A DNA stretch of 42,883 nt from Promethearchaeota archaeon (lineage in GTDB: Archaea > Asgardarchaeota > Lokiarchaeia > Sigyniarchaeales > SOKP01). The notes under the pieces were generated by a model. That model was not told the DNA's origin, ran no database searches, and saw nothing but the letters and a program-made list of their open reading frames with translations. Each line of letters opens with the position of its first letter. Position 1 is the first letter of the stretch. The DNA is taken from NCBI GenBank assembly GCA_048938855.1, contig JBHLLT010000024.1, positions 1 through 42,883 of the forward strand. Reading direction: 5' to 3'. This document shows positions 27,212 through 35,519 of this stretch, one piece after another. The position numbers were made by a program, and so were the translations under genes.

Positions 27212-28159
27212 TTAGGATTTCTTTAATAACTCTGTGAGATAATTAAGATTCCATTCTAAAACAGAACTATCAAAAGATTGCAACTCCTCTGAAAAATCTT
27301 CTCTTTTAAGTTGGGTTGGATCTTCTCCCGCATCAATACGTTTTTTTACTAAATCTAAAATTTCTCTGATATATTTATTTTCGAGAGAAAATTCTTCTTT
27401 AGACGCTAATTCACCATGTCCAGGAACAACAACTTTAAAATCCATATCCATAATTTCTTCATTTACTGAGATCCATCCTTCAGGATTTCCAGAACCTAAC
27501 CAAGGATCAACACGCGCAAATAAAAGATCTCCCGAAAATAGTACTTTCTCTTTAGGGATATATACTATAACATCTCCATCAGTATGAGCTTTTTTGAATG
27601 TTCGCATTTGAACTGATTCCCCTTTACCATATATAACACATCCTTCCTTAAATGCAAGATTGGGTTCTCGGATTGAAAAATTGGGTGAGCGAACAGATTT
27701 AATAAATATAAGATCATTTTCAATTTCCTTTCTTTTTGCTTCATCTGTTTCATTTTTAAGTGATTCCTCCATTTCGGTTAGATCCATATTCTTCAACTGT
27801 TCTAGTCGTTTCCTTCCTTCTGTTTGAATATTTTTCAAAGTTCGGTGTGAAGTCATAATTTGAGTTGTCTTATCAAACAAAGATGTCCCCATTAGATGAT
27901 CCATATGATAATGAGTTATTACTATAAAATTAGGCTGCTTTTCAGTAAATTGAATAGCCGCTTTTTTTAAATCCTCAGCAGCATTTACATTTCCAGTAGT
28001 ATCAATAAGTATTAAATAATCCTCAATATCTATAAAACCAGCATTGCCACCCATATCGGATTCTTTTTTGCCAATAGCAGCATAAGCACTTTCTGATAAT
28101 TTATAGAGATCAAAGTATTCTGATTTAAAATCTAATTTTTTTACAAAATCAAATGACAT
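27212..28159 (-). CDS. Metallo-beta-lactamase-fold hydrolase (cyclase-like), copy 2
   Basis: THYHMDH, AHT, GDLLF, PGHG. Start moved to ATG 28159 because it aligns with the paralog N-terminus (DFKS-x-YFDL). Confidence 0.85.
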   Translation of the reverse strand: MSFDFVKKLDFKSEYFDLYKLSESAYAAIGKKESDMGGNAGFIDIEDYLILIDTTGNVNAAEDLKKAAIQFTEKQPNFIVITHYHMDHLMGTSLFDKTTQIMTSHRTLKNIQTEGRKRLEQLKNMDLTEMEESLKNETDEAKRKEIENDLIFIKSVRSPNFSIREPNLAFKEGCVIYGKGESVQMRTFKKAHTDGDVIVYIPKEKVLFSGDLLFARVDPWLGSGNPEGWISVNEEIMDMDFKVVVPGHGELASKEEFSLENKYIREILDLVKKRIDAGEDPTQLKREDFSEELQSFDSSVLEWNLNYLTELLKKS

Positions 28160-28336
28160 AAATTTCTTTAAGATATAATCTTGAAAAACTTTTGTGATTT
28201 TTCTGAAACATACCTTCAAATTTGAGAAGGAATTCTAAATACGATGCGTTGAAGAATTTGGATCCTTATATAGTAGATTTATATATTTGATAAGTGATAA
28301 ATTACATATTATCTTTACATAAAAAGGGTTAATCTA

Positions 28337-30082
28337 ATGATAAATAGAAAAAAACAAAAATATTCGATTAGCTTAGTAACGGTTTTAATGATTTCTTTAC
28401 TGGGAGTCACTCTATGCACTAATTTTTATGATTTGAATGATCAAATTAAATTCGGTAATGAATATGATAATAAGCTATTAAAAATGGCTTCTATATATCA
28501 AGATCTGATAATTGATGATAATGGCGCCCAAGATTGGGATTGGGCAAAATCAAGTGGGATTTGCACTGGATTTGGTACCCCTGCAAGTCCTTATAGAATA
28601 TTAGATGGTATTTTCGAATATCTTTTAAATCCAGATGGACATTGCTTACAAATATTTAATTCACGTAAATATTTTATCCTTAGAAATTGTACTTTTCAAG
28701 ATGCGGATATGACAGGAGCAGGATTATATATGAATAATGTAACTAATGGGTTAATCGATGACTGTTTTTCAGTCAATAATCTGTATTCTAATTGCATAGG
28801 AATCTTCATGGAAAATGTGAATAATACTCAAATAAGAGATTCCTATATTTCCGAGAATGATGGAGATGGGATATACATGATAGATTCTCATTTTAACACA
28901 ATTAGATATAATAACATATCAGCAAATGAATATCGTGGACTGTATCTTAGTCAGAGTACTCATAATACTATTTCTAATAATGAGATAAATGATAATCAAA
29001 ATGCAGATGGAATTTTAATGGATACAAATAGTGATGACAATACAATATCTACAAATACGATAAATAGTAATGGCGTCAACGGAATTCAAATTGATTCTTG
29101 TAATAGAAATACTATTTCAAATAATGATGCAAATAGTAATGGACAACATGGTATTTTTGTGTTTGGTGGGATTCGTAATACTATTAATTTAAATACAGCT
29201 AACGATAATGGTGGAATGGGAATTAATATAGCTCTAGGCAGTGATTGGAATACTGTTTCTAGAAATACTGCAAATTCAAATGATAATAATGGAATTTATT
29301 GTGTTTTTAGTGATTATAATGAAATATTCCAGAATGTAGCAAATGATAATCTGGGTATAGGACTTTATGAAGGTTTTGGTTTCCATAATATCATCCATAA
29401 GAACACTTTATATAATAATACTGTGGACGGCATATTTATAGCCTTAGGTAATAATATAACTTGTACTCAGAATACAGTTTATGAAAATAAAAACAATGGA
29501 ATTTACCATTCTGTCATGACTGATAGCTTAATCGAAGATAATAATGTACATCATAATGGTATGCATGGAATTCTTTTGGATGGCGGTTCTGTAAGAAATA
29601 TCATAAAAGATAACAGTTTTAACTACAATAATATGAGTGGAGTTAACTTTGCGGCCAATAGTGATGATAACTTATTAATAAATAATATAGCATCCAATAA
29701 TGTTGATCATGGAATATCACTTGTGAGTAGTGATAACAATATTATATCAGATAATACAGCAAGTAATAACGGGCAAAATGGAATTAATTTATTGACAAGC
29801 CAAGATAATACTATAATTTCGAATGTAGCCAACAATAATATAAATGGAACATATCTTGTCTCGAGTAATAACAATAAAATCATTAGCAATATCTTATTAG
29901 GGAATATCGTGTGTTATAACGAGACAGGAAGTACAGGAAATATTTTTGAGGCTAATGTGTGCACTGGGACTGGTGGTTTCGCGTTTGATTTAAGTATATT
30001 TTTATTAATTCTTGTTATTATTGAAAGTGTGGCTCTCGCAGTAATATTATCAACATATTTTATAAGAAAAAGAAAATCTTAA
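28337..30082 (+). CDS. Surface protein with right-handed parallel beta-helix (NosD/PbH1) repeats
   Basis: N-terminal signal/TM; many ~22-23-aa repeats GI-x-L-x2-S-x2-N-x-I-x2-N; C-terminal TM followed by IRKRKS. Confidence 0.88.
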   Translation: MINRKKQKYSISLVTVLMISLLGVTLCTNFYDLNDQIKFGNEYDNKLLKMASIYQDLIIDDNGAQDWDWAKSSGICTGFGTPASPYRILDGIFEYLLNPDGHCLQIFNSRKYFILRNCTFQDADMTGAGLYMNNVTNGLIDDCFSVNNLYSNCIGIFMENVNNTQIRDSYISENDGDGIYMIDSHFNTIRYNNISANEYRGLYLSQSTHNTISNNEINDNQNADGILMDTNSDDNTISTNTINSNGVNGIQIDSCNRNTISNNDANSNGQHGIFVFGGIRNTINLNTANDNGGMGINIALGSDWNTVSRNTANSNDNNGIYCVFSDYNEIFQNVANDNLGIGLYEGFGFHNIIHKNTLYNNTVDGIFIALGNNITCTQNTVYENKNNGIYHSVMTDSLIEDNNVHHNGMHGILLDGGSVRNIIKDNSFNYNNMSGVNFAANSDDNLLINNIASNNVDHGISLVSSDNNIISDNTASNNGQNGINLLTSQDNTIISNVANNNINGTYLVSSNNNKIISNILLGNIVCYNETGSTGNIFEANVCTGTGGFAFDLSIFLLILVIIESVALAVILSTYFIRKRKS

Positions 30083-30105
30083 TTTTTTTTTTTATTTTTA
30101 TTTTG
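30083..30105 (+). terminator. Oligo-U terminator
   Basis: T-tracts immediately after TAA 30082, between convergent genes. Confidence 0.5.
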
Positions 30106-30197
30106 ACTGATAAAAATTGAATTTCTCTTAACTAATATAATTAATAAAGAGGTTTAGTTTATTTAATTAAAAATAATTTTAATGAACGATGTGTCTA

Positions 30198-30653
30198 TTA
30201 ATCAGGTGTAAGTGAGTCAAGATCTGATAAATCCAAGCCACTATCCATAACTTCGACAGTTTCAGATAAGAATTCATCTAAAATCTCCTTTAATTCATCT
30301 CCAGATCTCTTAAGAATAAGTCTAATTAGCCCAATATTGATCTCAGGATCGGAGATTAGAGTGAGAACACCTTTAGGTCCACAAGAAGAAGCAAATATCT
30401 TACCTCCGCTGAATTCTGAAGTGACAATTTCAAGATTACCAAGTTCTAAATTTTTTCCTTGTTCTTCTGATGCACAAAATACAGCGCTAGCAATAGCACC
30501 AATCCCATCAACATCAGCTGGGAAGTAGGAAAATTTCGAGACACTTGCAATAGTTAATCCTGTTCTATCAACCAAAATTACTTTTTTAATGCCACTTTCA
30601 CTCTTTATAATCTTACTGAGGATATTATCGAAACTTTTTGTGTCAATACTAAT
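30198..30653 (-). CDS. Roadblock/LC7 (MglB-like) domain protein with acidic tail; probable ATT start
   Basis: VILVDRTGLTIA...IGAIASA...ELGNLEIVTSEF...NIGLIRL. The frame extends upstream of TTG 30575 to give the roadblock first helix (SIDTKSFDNILSKII), with AAGGTG SD 7 nt before ATT 30653. Confidence 0.85.
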   Translation of the reverse strand: MSIDTKSFDNILSKIIKSESGIKKVILVDRTGLTIASVSKFSYFPADVDGIGAIASAVFCASEEQGKNLELGNLEIVTSEFSGGKIFASSCGPKGVLTLISDPEINIGLIRLILKRSGDELKEILDEFLSETVEVMDSGLDLSDLDSLTPD

Positions 30654-30926
30654 GCTAATACACCTTTTAAAGAAATTTTAATCTTATAATTAATAATATA
30701 TTCTTTAATCTTTAAAACTATTATAACTATTTGAATTTATAAAATTATCCTTTTAAAATCTTTCATATGAAATTTAGGAAAAATGATTTTTAAGAAGTAG
30801 ATTTTAGAAGTATTACATCAAAAACTTAATAATTTTAATGAGAAATAAATTAATTAAAATATCAAAAAGTAAATATAGTCAGAAATGAATTTATGGGTCT
30901 AATAAGGAGAATTAGGGTGTATTAAA

Positions 30927-31079
30927 GTGAGAAATGAAATCGAATACCGATTACATAGAGTAATGATAAAATTAGAAAAAAAAAGTGTTGCATGCCCAAT
31001 TGCAGAAGAGTGTGTAAGTGCTGAAAACTGTAGTAGGTGTAATTATTTTTACAGAAAATGTACCAAATTCACAGGATAA
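30927..31079 (+). CDS. Small Cys-rich protein (50 aa from GTG 30927, or 38 aa from ATG 30963)
   Basis: MRNEIEYRLHRVMIKLEKKSVACPIAEECVSAENCSRCNYFYRKCTKFTG; five Cys; co-oriented 40 nt upstream of the SDR. Confidence 0.5.
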   Translation: MRNEIEYRLHRVMIKLEKKSVACPIAEECVSAENCSRCNYFYRKCTKFTG

Positions 31080-31119
31080 ATTCAATTCTAAAAAATAAGA
31101 GAGAGGATGATCAAATATA

Positions 31120-31923
31120 ATGAATTTAGGATTAGAGAATAAGGTTGCTTTAGTATTAGCATCAAGCAAAGGTTTAGGGTTTGCATGTGCATCTGGATTT
31201 TATGAGGAAGGCGCTAATGTTATATTGTGCAGTCGTTCTGAAGAAAATTTAGAAATAGCAAAAAGTAAAATTGAGATGTTAAATTCAAAGAATGCAAATA
31301 ATAAAGTTTTTTCTATTATTGCAGATTTAAGGTATGAGGATGAGATTGAAAATCTTGTAGAAAAAACCTTTAGTGAATTTGGCAGGATTGATATTCTTGT
31401 TCACAATGCTGGAGGGCCTCCTTCTGGACCAATTGAAGAGATCACTAAAGGTGATTGGAAAAATTCGATTGATTTGAATCTTCTATCATTTGTTCACATT
31501 ACAGATTTAATAGTACCAATCATGAAAAAGCAGAATTTTGGAAGAATTATTGCAATCACATCAATTTCAGTTAAGCAACCTTTGAATAATCTTGTTTTAT
31601 CTAATACAACGAGGTTAGGAGTTGTAGGTTTTGCAAAAACTCTTGCTAATGAATATGGTAGTCATAATATTCTAGTTAATGTTGTATGTCCCGGTCCAAC
31701 ATTGACGAATCGTATGAAAGAATTAATAAATAAAACAGTTCAAGATACAGGAAAATCATATGAAGAAGTTGAGAAAACCTGGATAGATCCTATACCGCTG
31801 GGAAGATTAGGAAAGCCCGAAGAATTAGCAAACTTAGTAGTATTTTTAGCATCTGAAAAGGCAAATTACATTACTGGTACAGTGATACAAGTTGACGGAG
31901 GTTTTACAAAAAGTCCTTTTTAA
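31120..31923 (+). CDS. Atypical short-chain dehydrogenase/reductase (BKR-like subgroup)
   Basis: ASSKGLG, HNAGGP, SNTTR in place of YxxxK, VCPG, ITG-x2-IQVDGG. Confidence 0.9.
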   Translation: MNLGLENKVALVLASSKGLGFACASGFYEEGANVILCSRSEENLEIAKSKIEMLNSKNANNKVFSIIADLRYEDEIENLVEKTFSEFGRIDILVHNAGGPPSGPIEEITKGDWKNSIDLNLLSFVHITDLIVPIMKKQNFGRIIAITSISVKQPLNNLVLSNTTRLGVVGFAKTLANEYGSHNILVNVVCPGPTLTNRMKELINKTVQDTGKSYEEVEKTWIDPIPLGRLGKPEELANLVVFLASEKANYITGTVIQVDGGFTKSPF

Positions 31924-31995
31924 AATATTTCTGTAAAGTATCATTTAAATATTTAAGAATTTTATATAACTAATATCTAAGATTTGACATTAAAA

Positions 31996-32014
31996 CAAAA
32001 AAGATTTTTATATA
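31996..32014 (+). promoter_or_regulatory. Putative BRE/TATA promoter of the 32115-37445 operon
   Basis: Purine-rich CAAAAAAG followed by TTTTTATATA about 100 nt upstream of ATG 32115. Confidence 0.35.
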
Positions 32015-32114
32015 ACATATTTCCATTAGATTTATGACTCATTATATCTAAAACTTAAAAATTAAGATATAAAAATCTTAAAAATTAAAAATAACACTAT
32101 ACAGATGGTTTACA

Positions 32115-34373
32115 ATGAGGAAGAAGACAGGTAACATTAGCTTATTAATATTTTTATGTATTTTTTTATCTGGAGCATTAGAAGTACCTTTTTTAACTTT
32201 TTTGGGAAATTCTAATGAATTAACTGATTTAAAACAAATAAATACCTCCGGTGAGGAATCTTATTTTAAACAATGGATTGAAAATCCAAATTTTACATCC
32301 ACATCTTATTGGACTTCAAGCAAGGGATCATTAGGTGATCCAAATGATCTTGAAGCAAATATAGATACTACTGCAGAACAAGCTAATTTCGAAGTAATAG
32401 GTGATAAAAGAACTAAAATTATCGATGATCCTATTAATATTGCTAATAGTGGTAATTGGGAAAAATTTAATAAAACTGAACCAGCAATTAATCCTGACAC
32501 GGCAACTATTGATAATAATGGATTTTATGTCTCTCATTCATGGCATGATGCCACAGCTGATCAATTTGCAAGCATTTATTGGAAATATAATGTTAGTATG
32601 GATGTTGATATGTCTGAGTATGAGATAACATCTGCAAATTTTACCGCGATAATGTATGCTAATGTAGATGACAATGTTGATACCCCTACAGATACTACCA
32701 CAGAAACAGGCAGTGGAGAACAAACTATAAATCAGCCAGGGATATATGACCATGCATTTTTTTATATTGAAGTTGCTGATATTAACGTGATTAATACTTA
32801 TAGAATTGCTTATAACCAAACGACCGATTTGGGACGTAATTCTCCTCCATTGTTAACATATAATGATAAACAAATCGAACCTTATGGGGATGAGGAAGAT
32901 TTAATCTATTATTTAACTAAGATTTTTGAAAGTGATCCAGGTCATGATAACTTTACGATAATAGTTGGAATAGAAATTAATTGTGAAGATGATTATACTG
33001 GAACCGATTTTGATGATTGGACTGAGCTAAGGGTCAGATCACTTAATCTAACTTTTTCCTATGAAAAGAAGATCAATGAATTATCTTCTATATCTTGGAA
33101 TCAAGAAGGAAGTAAGCCAAGTGATTTAAGTAGTGATACTGTTGTTGTCAATGAAGCATTACTCAGCTTTAAATATAAGATTAATGAAACTTGGACCAAA
33201 GATTCTCCTAATTCTGAAATACAAATCTTCATTAATAATAATAAACATTCGGAAACCGTAAAACTAAGCTCCGCTACCACGAGCTTTCAAGACGCAAAAT
33301 TAGGAGGTTATGATTTAACCTACTTAATAGATGAGAATAAAAACATTAATCTTTCCATTCAAGTATATATAGCTGATGATTTTAAATTAAATCGTACTAT
33401 TGAAATTTCCATAGATGAAGTATTTCTTAACGTTTCGTATACAATACTTTTTGCTGATTATCACACAAATTTAGAATTATTTCTAAATGGTGTGAATAAA
33501 ACACTTTCTCCTAGTATTACTGTACCTATTGGTCAAAATTTAACAATCACTGTGAGATATACAAACGGTACTGGATATCATATCCCCGGAGCAGAGATTC
33601 AACTAACTGGAATAGGAATAATAGAGAATCTGAAGGAATTTGCCAATAATTATTCGATTACCATCAATACTACACAACAATTGAGTATGGGCGATAATTA
33701 CTTAAGTATAGAAGCTACAAAAATTAACTTTGAAGGTAAATCTATTAATCCAATAATAAATGTGAGAAAAATACAGACAGAAATCTTAACCGTATCTGGA
33801 AACTCCACCATTAATATTGATGTAGGACACAATGCTCAATTACAGATAATGTTAAATGACACTGATAATGATAAATTGATAAGAGGAGCAATAGTGACTT
33901 ATACTTGGGATGAAGATCCAATTCCCAGAGTATTAACAGAGAATGACGGAATATATGAAGGAGTAATAATAGCTCCCCCAGAAGGGCCTCACACAATTAC
34001 TATATCAGTATATGCAGGTGTCGATTATGAATTTGTGGATTTAGAAATACCACTTTATGTCGGAACGCATGTACCTACACCTCAACCTGATTTGGGTTGG
34101 CTTATATATACCCTTGGTGGAGTAATCTTAGGTTTGGTTATAATTTTCACTTTATATCAAACACATTTTAAATATCCTCCTATGGTGCGAAAAATAAGAA
34201 AATTAAAGAAGAAAATTAAGAAAGCAAAGAAGATTAAGACCATTTTAGTAGAATCAAGAGAAGAAACAATAACTAAATCAATTGAAAATCGATTGAAGGA
34301 TTTAAATTTAGAAAGCAGCAGAATATGGGGAGAAAATGAAAAAACAATAATTGAAAAGAAGGAGGGGATCTAA
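32115..34373 (+). CDS. Single-pass cell-surface glycoprotein with beta-sandwich domains and basic cytoplasmic tail
   Basis: Signal peptide; acidic, beta-rich ectodomain with many N-x-S/T sequons; TM (WLIYTLGGVILGLVIIFTLY); then YPPMVRKIRKLKKKIKK. Confidence 0.8.
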   Translation: MRKKTGNISLLIFLCIFLSGALEVPFLTFLGNSNELTDLKQINTSGEESYFKQWIENPNFTSTSYWTSSKGSLGDPNDLEANIDTTAEQANFEVIGDKRTKIIDDPINIANSGNWEKFNKTEPAINPDTATIDNNGFYVSHSWHDATADQFASIYWKYNVSMDVDMSEYEITSANFTAIMYANVDDNVDTPTDTTTETGSGEQTINQPGIYDHAFFYIEVADINVINTYRIAYNQTTDLGRNSPPLLTYNDKQIEPYGDEEDLIYYLTKIFESDPGHDNFTIIVGIEINCEDDYTGTDFDDWTELRVRSLNLTFSYEKKINELSSISWNQEGSKPSDLSSDTVVVNEALLSFKYKINETWTKDSPNSEIQIFINNNKHSETVKLSSATTSFQDAKLGGYDLTYLIDENKNINLSIQVYIADDFKLNRTIEISIDEVFLNVSYTILFADYHTNLELFLNGVNKTLSPSITVPIGQNLTITVRYTNGTGYHIPGAEIQLTGIGIIENLKEFANNYSITINTTQQLSMGDNYLSIEATKINFEGKSINPIINVRKIQTEILTVSGNSTINIDVGHNAQLQIMLNDTDNDKLIRGAIVTYTWDEDPIPRVLTENDGIYEGVIIAPPEGPHTITISVYAGVDYEFVDLEIPLYVGTHVPTPQPDLGWLIYTLGGVILGLVIIFTLYQTHFKYPPMVRKIRKLKKKIKKAKKIKTILVESREETITKSIENRLKDLNLESSRIWGENEKTIIEKKEGI

Positions 34374-35501
34374 ATACCACATGGATATGTTATAACAGAA
34401 TGGACAGAAGACCAAGGATTAGTGGTTAAATTAAGCTATCCCGAAGATCTCACAATTGATTTAGATGACATGATGCGGATTTTTTATGCTCATATTACAG
34501 GAGCAGGAGCAGCAGGGAATGTGTTAGTAAGATTGGAAAAAGCACGTTCTAATGTTTCAAGCTATTTTACTGGAATGCAATCAGATATGCCAATAATGAT
34601 AAATTTAATGTTAGAATTAGGTGAAGATCCAGAAATGTTTGGTGAAGCAGTTTTACAAGAAATTAATCAAGATTTATTAAAATATTTGAGACATATGAGT
34701 ACGAATGTATCTCAAAGTTATGAGATTGTAAAAACTATAAAACTTTATTTGCGAAATACATTAATTCTCTTAGATAGATTAAAAAACCTATCAAAAGAAC
34801 AACGATTAGCCCAAATCTATATAAGTGAAAAAGCTAGAACAATATTAGAGGCTTTACAAGAAAGATCATTATCACGGCGAGAATTACAGGGAATTATAGA
34901 AGACAAATTAGAAAAAATAGTCCCAAATATCGAATATATTTTGGATCCATTTATTAAAACTGGGTTATTAATGCAGGATTGGGTTGAGGGAAATACTGAT
35001 ATTACCTTATTTCTTCTTAATGATTTTACTATTTTTCGGTCACCCGTAGTAAAATTAGTTGAGGATGCGAAGAAAGGCTTACCTAACCCTGAAGTTGCTT
35101 CAAAATATCTTGAGGAAGTTAATCAATTTTTTCTGAACTATAAACCTACATCTGAGGATAATCTTACAATTGCTCGTACTTTAATGAATCCAGATAATTA
35201 TGATTACATTACCTTATTTAGAGAAAGAGCATATCCTCTAAATAAAATCCCAAAAGGTCCTGGAGAAAGTTTAGACCAGATTGGAACATATTTAAAAGGT
35301 ATGGAAGATAATCAAATTCTTAAAGTTATTAGGGATAGTAAAGATACTTTATGGATATTCTTATTAACTGATATTGTTGTACAAACTTTTTATCCCGAAT
35401 ATTTAATAGAGAAGATTCGTAAAGATAGAATGGAAGGAAAACTAAATAAAAATGTAGCATTAAAACATTTAGAATTTCTTGAGGCTTCTTATAAAAAATA
35501 A
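34374..35501 (+). CDS. uDENN/longin-like plus winged-helix-like protein; probable ATA start
   Basis: Frame extends 16 codons upstream of GTG 34422: (M)PHGYVITEWTEDQGLVVKLSYP; GGAGG SD at 34361-65. Central ILEALQERSLSRRELQ...LDPFIKTGLL is wHTH-like. Confidence 0.65.
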   Translation: MPHGYVITEWTEDQGLVVKLSYPEDLTIDLDDMMRIFYAHITGAGAAGNVLVRLEKARSNVSSYFTGMQSDMPIMINLMLELGEDPEMFGEAVLQEINQDLLKYLRHMSTNVSQSYEIVKTIKLYLRNTLILLDRLKNLSKEQRLAQIYISEKARTILEALQERSLSRRELQGIIEDKLEKIVPNIEYILDPFIKTGLLMQDWVEGNTDITLFLLNDFTIFRSPVVKLVEDAKKGLPNPEVASKYLEEVNQFFLNYKPTSEDNLTIARTLMNPDNYDYITLFRERAYPLNKIPKGPGESLDQIGTYLKGMEDNQILKVIRDSKDTLWIFLLTDIVVQTFYPEYLIEKIRKDRMEGKLNKNVALKHLEFLEASYKK

Positions 35502-35519
35502 TAGGAGATAAAAATTAAT

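Noticed and set aside
28337-30082. NosD as evidence of nitrous-oxide reduction
   Set aside because: Only generic beta-helix repeats, and no nos genes nearby.
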